A DNA stretch of 64,000 nt from Gemmatales bacterium (GTDB lineage Bacteria; Planctomycetota; Planctomycetia; Gemmatales; HRBIN36). The position numbers and the translations under genes are program-made. This document shows, piece after piece, positions 29,069-39,933 of the stretch (its first letter is position 1; each line of letters begins with the position of its first letter). The DNA lies in contig JBEPZY010000008.1 of assembly GCA_041640595.1 (NCBI GenBank), positions 104,484-168,483 of the forward strand, in the 5' to 3' direction. The notes under the pieces are model-generated. The model saw only the letters and a list, made by a program, of their open reading frames with translations. It ran no database searches and was not told the DNA's origin.

Positions 29069-29299
29069 CTGCTGCGATCCTCCCATGCTCTAAGCCCGAT
29101 GTTGCCTTGGTCGTGCTGTGCTCAAATTAGCCACCCACAATCTCCGGCAACTGTCCATGCATCACTGGCCACCGCTGACGGCACGATCGAACCACGCGAT
29201 TGGCCGCCTATCGCCGAGGGCAGTTCCGGTTGCGTTTGCGCTTGTCTAGCATATTGATAGCATACCACAGGTAGGAATCCGAGCCGAGGGAATTTCGTT

Positions 29300-30316
29300 A
29301 TGATAGCGACAGCAACTGGCACCACAAATAGACGGAATGGGCTGCGCGTAAGTGTGGTGGCATTATTGCTTATTCTTACAGCAGGTTGTGGACGCGAGCC
29401 TGTCTCGCACGAATCGCCAAACGCGACACGCAATTTGTCCGGCCCGACCACCGGTGCCACGATCCAGCAACCCAGAACCGAAGCCCCACCAGCGTTCGAC
29501 ATCGAGGCAGTGCTGACCAGCATCCCAGAGGATACGGCAACCCTGCGACAACGGCTCCGGGAAGAACTGGATGTGAACTTTACCTGGTACGAGCGGGACG
29601 ATGGCAAGGTACTGATAGCTTCACTGGGCTTCAACAAATCCCTGCAAGACAAAGACCTGATTGCTCTGGCCGGTCTGGAAGGCCCGCTGGAAGTTTCGCT
29701 AACGAGCACAGCCATTACCGACGCAGGACTGGCTTTGCTGGCGCGGATGCGTGCCACCGAACGACAGGGACGCCCACTCCTGGCCGAGATTCACCATCTT
29801 TATCTCAACGCCACGCGGATCAGTGACCGTGGCTTGCCTCACCTGGCGGCGTTCGGCACGTTGCGAACACTCGACCTGAGCGATACCCAGGTCACCGATG
29901 CGGGCCTGTCCCATCTGGCGCGATTGTCGCAACTGCAACGATTGTTCCTGTCCCGAACCCGGATGACCGGTTCTGGTTTGGTGCACCTGCAATCGCTGTC
30001 GGCCTTGCGAGAACTGGATTTGACGGGTACTGCTTTAGACGACACAGGCCTGCAACAGTTGCCTTCGCTCCCGAACTTGCGCAAGCTGGTGCTGCGCAAC
30101 ACTCGCATTACCGATGCTGGCCTGGATCGGCTCAAGGCTTTGCCGGCTCTGGAGGAATTGGACCTCACTGCCACCGGCATTACGGATGGCTGTGTTGCCA
30201 GCATAAAGGAATTGAAACGGCTGCGACGGTTGCGTATCGTGGATAAAACCAAGCTAACCGAGCGTGGCGCCATACAGCTCCGCCTGGCCCTGCCCGACTA
30301 CGTTTACATTGACTGA
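29300..30316 (+). CDS. Planctomycete leucine-rich repeat (lipo)protein
   Basis: Lipobox-like LLILTAGC and repeated LxxLxLxxTxITDAGLxxL units. Confidence 0.88.
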   Translation: MIATATGTTNRRNGLRVSVVALLLILTAGCGREPVSHESPNATRNLSGPTTGATIQQPRTEAPPAFDIEAVLTSIPEDTATLRQRLREELDVNFTWYERDDGKVLIASLGFNKSLQDKDLIALAGLEGPLEVSLTSTAITDAGLALLARMRATERQGRPLLAEIHHLYLNATRISDRGLPHLAAFGTLRTLDLSDTQVTDAGLSHLARLSQLQRLFLSRTRMTGSGLVHLQSLSALRELDLTGTALDDTGLQQLPSLPNLRKLVLRNTRITDAGLDRLKALPALEELDLTATGITDGCVASIKELKRLRRLRIVDKTKLTERGAIQLRLALPDYVYID

Positions 30317-30552
30317 GTGGAGACGACCCGACAGCAGGACTTACCAATTGGCCGGCGATTCTGGTCTTGTCAGATTTCACCGTTCACGTGCTTGAACAGC
30401 TCACACATTGGCATCGGGCGCGAATCTGCAAGCCGAGCCAGCATCACGCCGAAACGTTGCCCGTCACCAGCCAGCCGGGCTAGCGAGACGAAATTGCCAT
30501 CGCTTATCAGGGAAGTCGCGGTCGCTCAGGTTCCGGCTAACTTGTGGCGGTC

Positions 30553-32793
30553 TCAATCTACGTAGAGGAATTCGTTGGTGTTGAACAGAGCGTGGCAAAA
30601 CTCGGCAACGGCAGCCAGACGGAGTGGCTGGCTATGCTGGCGTAATCGCGACTCCCAGTCCGTCGGCAGCTTTTGTGTGCTGGCCAGCTCCGATTCGGTC
30701 TGGCTCAGGAAGCGGAGGGCGAGTTCCGATTCCTGCGGCGTAGGTGGTCGTCCGAAAGCCTGGCGCCAGGCATGTTGCACGAGAGCCTGGGAAGAATCCG
30801 GGTAAGCGTGAAGGAGGCGTTCGGCCCAGGCAAGTGCCCGTTGTCTTACAAATTCTCCGTTGAGCAGGCACAGCGCCTGCGGGGCCGTGGTCGTTTGCGC
30901 TCGCCGGGCACAACTGTTGAACAGGTCCGGTTGATCGAAAGCCTCAAAAAGCGGATATTTGCAATTCCTTTTGACATAAACGTAAATAGATCGCCGATTG
31001 CGTTGTTCCGGCAAGGGATCGGGTTTCCAGGCATAGCGGCTCAGATTGGCGGGTAGTTCGGGCCTGGCGCTGGGGCCAAACATGCGAAATTGCAGTTCGC
31101 CCGAACAAGCCAGCATGGCATCGCGCAGAGCCTCACCCTGCAACCGCCACCGGGGATAATGCCAGAGCAAGCGATTACTGCGATCGATTTCCCAGGCCCG
31201 TTGATGTTCGGGCCGCGATAAATCTACCTGCGAGCTTTGCCGATACGTCGCGGATGTAACCAGCAGGCGATGAATGTGCTTCAGACTCCAGCCGTTTTCG
31301 ACCAACTCCACGGCCAGCCAGTCGAGCAGTGCCGGATGGCTCGGCGGGTCTCCGATCAGACCGAAATCATTTGGCGAAGCGACGATGCCGCTGCCGAAAT
31401 GCTGCTGCCATAAGCGGTTCACGATCACCCGTGCTGTCAGCGGATGATCAGGGCGGGTCAACCACCGCGCCAGTGCAGCTCTTCGTCCGGTGCTGCGTAC
31501 TCCTGGAGCGACAGCTGTGTCGGGAACTTCCTGCGGCAGGAAATGCGGAAAGCCTGGTTGAACTTGCTCGCGTGGTTTACGCCAGTCGCCGTTGGCCAGG
31601 CGGTAAGTCGGCGGGGCAACCGGGCCCACATCGCACACACCCATGACCGTCGGCAGCGCTGCGGGACGCGGCAGGCGTTGCAACTCGGCTGCCAGCTGTT
31701 GATACTTCTCCCGCAACGGCGGCGGCATTTTCGTCGGGGCCTCGCTCATCGCTCGCTGCAATTGTTTCTCCGCCATGTGGGCAATCTGCATCTGGTACGG
31801 AGAACGCTTTTCCGGCGGCGTTAGAACCGCTTGCTGAATTTCGGGCCGGAATTTGCCCAGCGCGTGCTTGCGTAGTTCTTCCTTCTTAGCGGCAACCAGT
31901 TCTTCCATCTGCTGCAACATCGGTCGTGCCGACGCTTCCCACGCCCGCATTTCCTGTTCGTAGCGCTGGCGTTCCTGGGCTGTGGCAGCGGTGAGATCGT
32001 CCCGCGGCAACATAGCGGCAAAGAAAGCCTGCAGTCGGTAATAATCTTCCTGAGTGGTCGGGTCGTATTTGTGATCGTGGCAACGGGCACATCCCACCGT
32101 CAAACCCAGAATGGCCAGTCCGGTCACCTCGGTTACGTCGTCAAGAATCTCCTGCCAGCGTTGCTCGAGATTCGCAGCGTTGTACTCGTCCGGCCAGAGG
32201 CGCAAAAATCCCGTGGCGATGATCGCTTCAGGATTATCCGGTTCAAGCTCATCCCCGGCCAGTTGCTGACGCAGGAAACGGTCATAAGGCAGGTCCGCAT
32301 TGAACGCGCGAATCACATAATCACGGTAGCGAAAAGCATCGGGGCGATGGTCGTCGGCTTTGAAACCGTCGGTTTCGGCATAGCGCACCAGGTCGAGCCA
32401 GAACAAAGCCGCACGTTCCCCATAATGCGGGGAAGCAAGCAATCGGTCCACCACCCGTTCCCAGGCTTGCGGTGAATCATCCCGCAGGAACGCCTCCTGT
32501 TCTTCCACACTCGGGGGCAAACCAGTCAAATCGAGCGTAACTCGCCGCAACCAAGTCAGTTTATCAGCCGGCGGATTCGGACGCAAACCTTCAGATTCCA
32601 GACGCTCCAGAATGAAGTAGTCCACCGGATTGATCGCCCAGTCGGAATGTTTTACCCGTGGCAAGGGAGCCTTTTTCGGGGGAACAAACGCCCAGTGTGG
32701 CTGCGATGGGCCAACCGCGGGCTTTTCTTCTTCCGCCAACAATGCCATGGCCATGAGCGCGACGACAAGCCAGCATCCCCAAAACCGCAGCAT
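30553..32793 (-). CDS. DUF1549/DUF1553 (PSD1/PSCyt2) planctomycete protein
   Basis: [74 protein letters not shown] before ATG 32793. Confidence 0.92.
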   Translation of the reverse strand: MLRFWGCWLVVALMAMALLAEEEKPAVGPSQPHWAFVPPKKAPLPRVKHSDWAINPVDYFILERLESEGLRPNPPADKLTWLRRVTLDLTGLPPSVEEQEAFLRDDSPQAWERVVDRLLASPHYGERAALFWLDLVRYAETDGFKADDHRPDAFRYRDYVIRAFNADLPYDRFLRQQLAGDELEPDNPEAIIATGFLRLWPDEYNAANLEQRWQEILDDVTEVTGLAILGLTVGCARCHDHKYDPTTQEDYYRLQAFFAAMLPRDDLTAATAQERQRYEQEMRAWEASARPMLQQMEELVAAKKEELRKHALGKFRPEIQQAVLTPPEKRSPYQMQIAHMAEKQLQRAMSEAPTKMPPPLREKYQQLAAELQRLPRPAALPTVMGVCDVGPVAPPTYRLANGDWRKPREQVQPGFPHFLPQEVPDTAVAPGVRSTGRRAALARWLTRPDHPLTARVIVNRLWQQHFGSGIVASPNDFGLIGDPPSHPALLDWLAVELVENGWSLKHIHRLLVTSATYRQSSQVDLSRPEHQRAWEIDRSNRLLWHYPRWRLQGEALRDAMLACSGELQFRMFGPSARPELPANLSRYAWKPDPLPEQRNRRSIYVYVKRNCKYPLFEAFDQPDLFNSCARRAQTTTAPQALCLLNGEFVRQRALAWAERLLHAYPDSSQALVQHAWRQAFGRPPTPQESELALRFLSQTESELASTQKLPTDWESRLRQHSQPLRLAAVAEFCHALFNTNEFLYVD

Positions 32794-33017
32794 GGTTACC
32801 TCCGGCAGGATGTTTGTTGGCAGGATAATTCGCGGTAAGCTAGCGTGGAGGCCAGAAAGCCCGAAAATACGATCGGCGTTTGTCTCTGGCCTGCTGGAGT
32901 GATCTGGACTTGATATTAGCAACCGCGTCGGTTAGTTTCAACCCCCCGGAATGTAATTTTTGGCGGACTGATTCTTTGTCAGTCTTCACCAGCCCCGGTA
33001 TCCGCAGAGAAGCCAGT

Positions 33018-34370
33018 ATGGGCCGAAAAAAGACCCGATTGCTCCTGCTTCTGCTTGCCGTTACCACGGCCGGGTGGTGCATCTGGACGTTTCGCTGGGA
33101 GGCTCTCGCTTATTATCATGCCTGGTGCTGGTGGTACGGATTCGGTGAAGCTGAATATCACCGTGATCAGCTGGTTGCGCTGGGTGAATCAGCCTGGCCA
33201 GCTTGGAATTGGTGGTTGCATCGCGCTACACTCGCCAATACGGACACCGCAAGCCAGCTGCTCGTCAACTGGCTTCATGCTGTTGCTGCAACGGGCCGAA
33301 CTACCGAACTTCTGCAGCGGGTGGCGGACAGCTGGCCAGGCATGAGCGAGTCCGTACAGGCGTCCATGCTGCAAGCACTGTACGTTTGTGCCACAAGCAA
33401 AGATGCCGCAAGCAGTGATGCCTCGGAGCAGGCTGACGGGGATAAGCAGAACCTGACGCGGAAACCCGATGCAAGTGCGCAAAGAAGTGCCCATGCACAA
33501 ACGGACCACGCAAAGCGTGAAACAGATGGTGGCCGGTCAGCCGTGCCGCTCCAGATGCGATTCATCTGCTCCGTCGGCCCGACCAGTGGCATATCACCCG
33601 CAGCAGTGGGTCAGTTTCTTTTGCAAGTGCAACCGCTCGACAATCGTTCCGCGAGACTGGCGGCACTTCAGCTGAGCCGATGGGTTTCATTCGCCCAGGA
33701 AGAATCGGGCCACGCTGCCCCAGACCCGCACGCTGCTACTGGTACGCAAGCTACTGAAGGGTCGGTGCTTACGTCCAGGTGGTGGCAGTGGTGTCGGCAG
33801 CTGGCGGAAGTGTCGCTCAGTGATGACCGCGAGGAAATTCGCTGCCAAGCCGTGCGACTGGCAGCATTGCCGCAACTGGAGCTAAAAGAAAAACTGGCAC
33901 GGCGATTGCTCATCGAGCCGAGCGAACCTGCCGCCTCGGTGCGTGCTCTGTTGCTCATCGCCGTTGGGGATCGGGACTGCGAAGAATTGGCACCGACGGA
34001 ATCCCTGGCACGCTGGCTGCACGACGAAAGCCATGAAGTGCGAAAGGTTTGCGAACAGGTGTTGCGCACACGGGGACTGACCCCCCAACAGATTCAGCTG
34101 GCTCGGATGTGGACCGACCCGGACCCGCTGGTACGTATTCGGGTTCCGCAGATGGTGTATCAAGAGCGGGAAATAGACCCCGTGTTGTGGCTGGAACGAT
34201 TGAGCCGGGATACTTCGCCAGCCGTCCGGGCAGCGGTAATTCGCGCGGCAGGGGAACGGATGGAAGTTCGTTTCTCGGCACGACTTGCAGAAATGGCCCA
34301 GCAGGACACCAGTACGACGGTGCGACAGCTGGCCCAGTATTATCAGCGCGAAATGTTTGCCCAGCGTTGA
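33018..34370 (+). CDS. Membrane-anchored HEAT-repeat protein
   Basis: N-terminal TM helix and C-terminal HEAT-like units (DESHEVR, DPDPLVR, DTSPAVRAAV, DTSTTVRQLA). Confidence 0.75.
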   Translation: MGRKKTRLLLLLLAVTTAGWCIWTFRWEALAYYHAWCWWYGFGEAEYHRDQLVALGESAWPAWNWWLHRATLANTDTASQLLVNWLHAVAATGRTTELLQRVADSWPGMSESVQASMLQALYVCATSKDAASSDASEQADGDKQNLTRKPDASAQRSAHAQTDHAKRETDGGRSAVPLQMRFICSVGPTSGISPAAVGQFLLQVQPLDNRSARLAALQLSRWVSFAQEESGHAAPDPHAATGTQATEGSVLTSRWWQWCRQLAEVSLSDDREEIRCQAVRLAALPQLELKEKLARRLLIEPSEPAASVRALLLIAVGDRDCEELAPTESLARWLHDESHEVRKVCEQVLRTRGLTPQQIQLARMWTDPDPLVRIRVPQMVYQEREIDPVLWLERLSRDTSPAVRAAVIRAAGERMEVRFSARLAEMAQQDTSTTVRQLAQYYQREMFAQR

Positions 34371-34451
34371 AATCGCGTGCCGATTCTGACGCTGGTACGC
34401 ATTGTGCTAACCGAGCATTTGTCAAAGCGGGGAAAGCTTTGCCGTAAACCC

Positions 34452-34675
34452 TTGACCAGCCAAGCGCAGAGGTATAGAGTTGCATGGAGATGAGGTGGAG
34501 CGCAGCGGAGGCGCGAGCACCGTACCCAGCCGCAGTGCCGTGCCGACTCGTCGCTTACCGACCTCACCCGCAATGGGTTGACGCGTGAGGCAGTCACCGA
34601 CTGGTTCACGCGGCCGCAGATGGGCATCGGTCGGGCGAGCTTCTGGCTCTGCCCCCAGCACAAGGATGAGCGACG
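34452..34675 (+). promoter_or_regulatory. csrA promoter and GGA-containing 5' leader
   Basis: TTGACC-17-TAGAGT (34452-34480). GGA hairpins at 34483-34492 and 34500-34514. The RBS reads GCACAAGGATGA (34658-34669). Confidence 0.55.
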
Positions 34676-34891
34676 ATGTTGGTGCTCTCGCGGAAAAAGA
34701 ATGAGTCCATCATTATCAACGACGACATCATCATCACCGTCGTCGAAATCCGCGGCGACAAGGTTCGCTTAGGAATCCAAGCGCCGGCCTCGGTTAGTGT
34801 TCACCGCAGGGAAGTTTACGAGGCGATCCACGGACACGCCCCGCAAATTACCCCTGCCAAGAACGAAAATTGTACCAAGCCGGCTGAGTAA
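34676..34891 (+). CDS. csrA: Carbon storage regulator CsrA
   Basis: [44 protein letters not shown], with Arg44 conserved. Confidence 0.97.
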   Translation: MLVLSRKKNESIIINDDIIITVVEIRGDKVRLGIQAPASVSVHRREVYEAIHGHAPQITPAKNENCTKPAE

Positions 34892-35023
34892 AACCAGCCT
34901 TCCGTTACAACCTTGTCGCTTGCGGTGTACAGTCGCGTTGTTATTCCTGGCGGAACTACTCTTTGCCTGCCAAGTTATCGGGTTTGTTGCCAGCTGCGGA
35001 TAAAATGTTGGCGATTGCAAACG

Positions 35024-35668
35024 TCATCTCTCTTGTTTGCCAGGGCACAGGAACTCCGTCAGCAGGCCCGCAGTGTCGTCGAAATACTGCAGCGCGAGCC
35101 GGGCCGGCATCGGTCGGCCGGAGAATCGCCAGTGGTCTAATTCTGTGAGCAATGCCTCCAGTCGCTTGAGGTGGCTGAGCCATCGCTTTTCTTTCGTTAC
35201 AGGCGAACCAGCTTCGGTGCGTCGGCCGTTTGCAGTTCTTAGCTGCCCAGAAAGAGCTGCAGCCGCTTGACGAGAGGCTGTCGTTGGCGGTTTCATTTTG
35301 CGTGAAGTCCCCAACGATGGTGGCTGCTCCTGCAACACGCAAGCCCGCCATTGCCGAATCGTGTAGATCAATTCGTCCAGCGCTGAACTGGTCGTTCGCT
35401 CAGCCAGCAATTTTGCGAACATGTTGTCTATGCCACTTTCGGTAGCTGTAATTTCGCGCTCCAGCCCCGACCGAAGTCGCAACAGCGACAGGATCGCCGC
35501 CTGAGTCGGATTGTTCCTGCGCTGCTGCCAGGCCCACAGCATCAGCAGAGCGATCACCGTTGCCAGGACGGGCAGCCAGATCAGGCCGAACAAGCTCATG
35601 CCACCGGAGTCGGGTAGCATTTCCGGTTCGGGGAACGGTCGCAATTGCTCTGGTGAAACCGGCAGCAT
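35024..35668 (-). CDS. Single-TM hypothetical protein (DUF4381/BatD-like layout)
   Basis: Pro-rich N-terminus, TM segment LIWLPVLATVIALLMLWAW, helical C-terminus. The track ORF extension overlaps acs. Confidence 0.5.
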   Translation of the reverse strand: MLPVSPEQLRPFPEPEMLPDSGGMSLFGLIWLPVLATVIALLMLWAWQQRRNNPTQAAILSLLRLRSGLEREITATESGIDNMFAKLLAERTTSSALDELIYTIRQWRACVLQEQPPSLGTSRKMKPPTTASRQAAAALSGQLRTANGRRTEAGSPVTKEKRWLSHLKRLEALLTELDHWRFSGRPMPARLALQYFDDTAGLLTEFLCPGKQER

Positions 35669-35753
35669 GATTGGCCCGAAGAGGCGAATCGCCCGAGCGG
35701 GTTTCTTCTTTATACCGAGCGGTTTGGGCGGAAAGACACGGGCTACTTTAGGC

Positions 35754-37718
35754 TTATTCTTCCTCCGCACGCAGGCGGGCCAGGATACTGTAATCTTCCA
35801 GCGTGGTCGTATCGCCAACCGTTTCGCGTCCGGCCGCGATGTCGCGCAACAACCGCCGCATGATTTTGCCCGAACGGGTCTTGGGCAGGGCATCAGTGAA
35901 GCGAATTTCTTCCGGCCTGGCAAAAGCCCCGATTTCTTTCGCTACATACTCACGCAGTTCCCGACGAAGTTCCTCGCTGGGTGCGACGCCGGCAGCGAGC
36001 GTAACAAAGCAAACCAGTGCTTCGCCCTTGATCGGATCAGGGCGCCCGACTGCGGCGGCTTCTACCACTTTGGGATGTCCGACCAGCACACTCTCGACTT
36101 CCATGGTGCTCAGGCGATGGCCGGAGACGTTGAGCACGTCGTCCACCCGACCCATGACCCAGAAATAACCATCCTCGTCTTGCCGGGCACCATCACCAGT
36201 GAAATAGGCATGCGGAACCTGTCCCCAGTACTGCTGACGATACCGTTCGTCATCGCCGAAAAGCGTTCGCAGCATGGCCGGCCAGGGTCGCCGAATTACC
36301 AGATATCCGCCCTGATTCGGTGGCACACGCTGGCCTTGTTTATCCACTACTTCCGCCACCACTCCAGGCAGCGGTAAAGTGCACGATCCAGGCTTGGTCG
36401 GTGTTGCGCCGGGCAATGGCGAGATCAAAATCATCCCGGTTTCCGTCTGCCACCAGGTATCCACGATCGGGCACCGTCCACCGCCGATAACTTCGTGATA
36501 CCACATCCACGCTTCGGGATTGATCGGTTCGCCCACCGTTCCGAGCAACCGCAGACTGGACAGGTCGTGCTGGCGTGGCCAGTGGTCACCCCACCGCATA
36601 AACGAGCGAATTGCCGTAGGGGCTGTGTAAAAGACACTTACACGATAGCGCTCCACGATTTCCCAGAACCGGTCTTCGCGGGGATAATTCGGTGCACCTT
36701 CGTAGAGGACGACCGTAGTGCCATTGGCCAGCGGCCCGTACACCGAATAACTGTGGCCGGTTACCCAGCCGATGTCGGCCGTGCACCAGTAAGTGTCTTC
36801 ATCGCGAATGTCAAACACCCAGCGATGGGTGAGCGTCACACCCACGAGATAACCTCCCGTGGTGTGCAGCACACCTTTTGGTTTGCCCGTCGAGCCGCTG
36901 GTGTAAAGCAGGAAAAGCGGATGTTCGCTATCGAGAGATTCCGCCGGGCATTCGCTGTCCGCGCCGCTCATCAATTCGTGCCACCAGAAATCCCGACCGG
37001 GAGTCATGGGCACATTCTCGCCGGTACGCTTGACCACAATGACCTTTTCCACCGTCGGCGAGCGTCCGAGTGCCTGGTCAGTGTTGGCTTTCAATGGAAT
37101 AATTTTGCCTCGGCGATAACCCCCGTCGGCGGTGATCACGAGCCGCGATTTCGCATCGTTATTGCGATCCGCCAGCGCTTCTGCCGAGAACCCGCCGAAA
37201 ACGACGTTATGCGTTACGCCGATCCGTGCACAGGCCAGCATGGCCACCACCGCTTCAGGAATGAGAGGCAGATAAATAGTCACACGGTCATTTGCTTTCA
37301 GGCCCAGACGCTTGAGCACGTTGGCAAAGCGACACACCTCACGGTGCAGATCCAGGTAGCGCAGCACTCGTGTATCGCCGGGTTCACCTTCCCAGATAAT
37401 CGCCACTTTATTGCGCCGCCAGGTGGCTACATGTCGGTCCACGCAATTCCAGCAAGCATTGAGACGACCACCCACAAACCATTTGGCGAACGGCTCGTTC
37501 CACTCCAGTACTTTTGTCCACGGTGCAAACCAGTCCACGATTTTGGCCTGTTCCGCCCAGAAACCTTCCGGGTCGTCGTAAGCGCGCTGCCACAGGGCCC
37601 GGTATTCTTCGAGGCTCTTGATATGGGCTTGCCGTGCGAAATCAGCCGGCGGCGGATAGACCCGGCTCTCGCGCAACACGCTTTCAATCATCGCACCGGC
37701 AGCAGTCGGCACCGACAT
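35754..37718 (-). CDS. acs: Acetyl-CoA synthetase
   Basis: [56 protein letters not shown]. Confidence 0.97.
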   Translation of the reverse strand: MSVPTAAGAMIESVLRESRVYPPPADFARQAHIKSLEEYRALWQRAYDDPEGFWAEQAKIVDWFAPWTKVLEWNEPFAKWFVGGRLNACWNCVDRHVATWRRNKVAIIWEGEPGDTRVLRYLDLHREVCRFANVLKRLGLKANDRVTIYLPLIPEAVVAMLACARIGVTHNVVFGGFSAEALADRNNDAKSRLVITADGGYRRGKIIPLKANTDQALGRSPTVEKVIVVKRTGENVPMTPGRDFWWHELMSGADSECPAESLDSEHPLFLLYTSGSTGKPKGVLHTTGGYLVGVTLTHRWVFDIRDEDTYWCTADIGWVTGHSYSVYGPLANGTTVVLYEGAPNYPREDRFWEIVERYRVSVFYTAPTAIRSFMRWGDHWPRQHDLSSLRLLGTVGEPINPEAWMWYHEVIGGGRCPIVDTWWQTETGMILISPLPGATPTKPGSCTLPLPGVVAEVVDKQGQRVPPNQGGYLVIRRPWPAMLRTLFGDDERYRQQYWGQVPHAYFTGDGARQDEDGYFWVMGRVDDVLNVSGHRLSTMEVESVLVGHPKVVEAAAVGRPDPIKGEALVCFVTLAAGVAPSEELRRELREYVAKEIGAFARPEEIRFTDALPKTRSGKIMRRLLRDIAAGRETVGDTTTLEDYSILARLRAEEE

Positions 37719-37944
37719 CGCTCTACCTCCCCTCTTTTTGTTTGGTCATCGCTGGGCGACGCTGGCGGAATAATATCTGAATCCGGGCGAAATTCCGTTC
37801 GGCAGGCTGTTTCTTTTCGTTATTGTTCTGAACGGTGCGACTATTGTAAAGACCGTTCGCTTCTCCGCCATACCTTTCCCGCTCGTGCCTGCATGGGGCA
37901 AGCATTTCGCCAGGTGGGACCGGACGCCACTTTTCGCAAACCAG

Positions 37945-38754
37945 CTACCTGTCCACTCCCCGCCAGCTTAGGAGGTCGCCCTCTTGCAGATCGGTAACGA
38001 ACATGTGGCCGGGTTTGTGAGTGATAACCAGTTCGGGTCGGCTCTCGGTAACCACCGCCTGGGGAGTTACGCCACACGCCCAGAATACCGGCACTTCCCC
38101 AGGATAAATGGGAACCGCATCGCCATAATCGGGCCTGCCGAGATCGCGGATACCGATTTCTTCCGGATCGCCAAAGTGCACAGGCGGGCCGTGGGCGAAA
38201 CTATAAAGTTCGCAGATTCGTACCGCTCGCAAAACCTGTTGCGGTTTCATCGGCCGCATAGACACTACCAGCGGTCCATGCAATCGGCCTGCGGGTTGGC
38301 AGGCGATGTTGGTTCTATACATCGGCACATTGCAACCACATTCGAGATGCCGCACGGGTATCCCGGCCCGAAGTAAAGCACGCTCAAAGCTGAATGAACA
38401 ACCTAACAAAAAAGCCACTAAATCGTCGCGCCAGTAATCGCGGATATCCACCGGTTCCGCTATCAGTCGCCCATGCTCATAGATACAGTAACGAGGCAAG
38501 TCCGTGCGTAAATCCGCTCCTGCTGCACAGTATTTCGGTTCCGGTGAACCTGAGTCGGTAACCTCTAATAGCGGACATGCACGGGGATTGCGCTGGCAAA
38601 AAAGGAGAAAATCAAACGCCCAGCTTTGCGGCACGATCACCAGGTTCGCCTGCACATAGCCTAACGCCAGGCCAGCTGTGGGCCCAGCCCATCGTTGCTC
38701 ACGACACAACTGCCGGATTTCTTTTCCTGTTGCTGAGGCTAGCTGCGCAAGCAT
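37945..38754 (-). CDS. DUF1445 putative hydro-lyase (D-glutamate cyclase family)
   Basis: GYVQANL, FCQRNPRACPLL, DLRTDLPRY, GCSFSFE, PVFWACGVTPQ, THKPGHMFVTD. Confidence 0.92.
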   Translation of the reverse strand: MLAQLASATGKEIRQLCREQRWAGPTAGLALGYVQANLVIVPQSWAFDFLLFCQRNPRACPLLEVTDSGSPEPKYCAAGADLRTDLPRYCIYEHGRLIAEPVDIRDYWRDDLVAFLLGCSFSFERALLRAGIPVRHLECGCNVPMYRTNIACQPAGRLHGPLVVSMRPMKPQQVLRAVRICELYSFAHGPPVHFGDPEEIGIRDLGRPDYGDAVPIYPGEVPVFWACGVTPQAVVTESRPELVITHKPGHMFVTDLQEGDLLSWRGVDR

Positions 38755-38859
38755 GAGACGATTTCCCGCTCACCCTGATCCCACTAATCATCCGCTGACC
38801 ACTCTTTAGAATATAAGTCGCAAGGGCCCATGCCGCTTTATTCTTCGATTGTATTTTGG

Positions 38860-39933
38860 CTATTTCGACGCTGGTTTTAGCTGCTTGAATTGCTGGCTAT
38901 AGATGCGCGTGGTTCGTAACTCCCGGCTACCGTGCTCGACGGAAGGCTCAATTTCCGTGCCCTCATGCCATTCGTTCCAGCTGGTAATAAGTATCCAATC
39001 TGGCCGGGCGTTGATCGCCTCCTGCCATAAGACCTTATAAGTATCTCCGTCAAATCGGCGAGTAATAGGACGGGGTGGTTGGCGTTCCTTGAGTTTGCTA
39101 TCATCGTAACCCGGAATGAGAGTCAGGCAACTAATCTTATCGGGTTCCGCTAATCGCACCCAATCTGGGAAATGCCTTTTCGCCCATTGCTGAATCTGTT
39201 GCGGCGTCTTACCAGCGGTGTGTTCCGTGATGTTATAGGTATGAATGCCATCAAAAACACGGGCTGCAGACTTAGATAACCGATCACCGATCCAGATAGC
39301 TCCAGGCGGCTGGCGTTTCTCTACTTCAGCGATGACCTGTCGCCAGCCGTCCAGGCCAATTTGATCCAGGGCTCGAGCATATACGAATAGCACAGGCTTA
39401 TTTCGTACCCGTAACCAGGCCGGATGCTTGCTGTATTTGCTTAGAATATAGGTCGCATAGTCAACGGCTTGATGAACAGTTTTTTGTGGAACCGTTTCGA
39501 TATAGGCGGTTATGACCATGCCATGTTTGTTAGCCGTGTCCAGCAACAATGGAAACCCGGCATCGTGGAAATCGCCCGGCCGCCACCACGTAGCTATGAA
39601 GCCGTCTATACCGGCGTTTCTCGCCTGTTTACAATGGCGCTCAACGATAGCGGGATCGTGGCTATCATAAACACCGGCAGCAGGATAATGGGTGGAGTTA
39701 GCAATGCGCTGGTGAACGCTATCCACGCCTTCCCAGTGAACCCAGCGTCCACTCTTTTGGGGAATACCATACCAACCGTAATAGAAGGCTAATACCATTC
39801 GCGGCACCCGGCCCGATTCTTTTTGATTATCGGCAAGTGCGAACTTAGCACTTGCCTGGGTGAGAATCAATTGCACGCATGCTAAGAATAGAAAGCCGCT
39901 AAGAATTATCGTAAGGCCTACGCGATTTTTCAT
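38860..39933 (-). CDS. Secreted glycoside hydrolase, GH99/GH71-like
   Basis: Signal peptide, AFYYGWYG, YDSHDP, GIDGFIATWW, PGYDD, ITSWNEWHEGTEIEP. Confidence 0.88.
   Translation of the reverse strand: MKNRVGLTIILSGFLFLACVQLILTQASAKFALADNQKESGRVPRMVLAFYYGWYGIPQKSGRWVHWEGVDSVHQRIANSTHYPAAGVYDSHDPAIVERHCKQARNAGIDGFIATWWRPGDFHDAGFPLLLDTANKHGMVITAYIETVPQKTVHQAVDYATYILSKYSKHPAWLRVRNKPVLFVYARALDQIGLDGWRQVIAEVEKRQPPGAIWIGDRLSKSAARVFDGIHTYNITEHTAGKTPQQIQQWAKRHFPDWVRLAEPDKISCLTLIPGYDDSKLKERQPPRPITRRFDGDTYKVLWQEAINARPDWILITSWNEWHEGTEIEPSVEHGSRELRTTRIYSQQFKQLKPASK

Noticed and set aside
28007..37997. Long + strand ORFs 28007..29257, 35511..36377 and 36495..37997
   Set aside because: They are antisense shadows of leuB and acs, typical of GC-rich codon bias.
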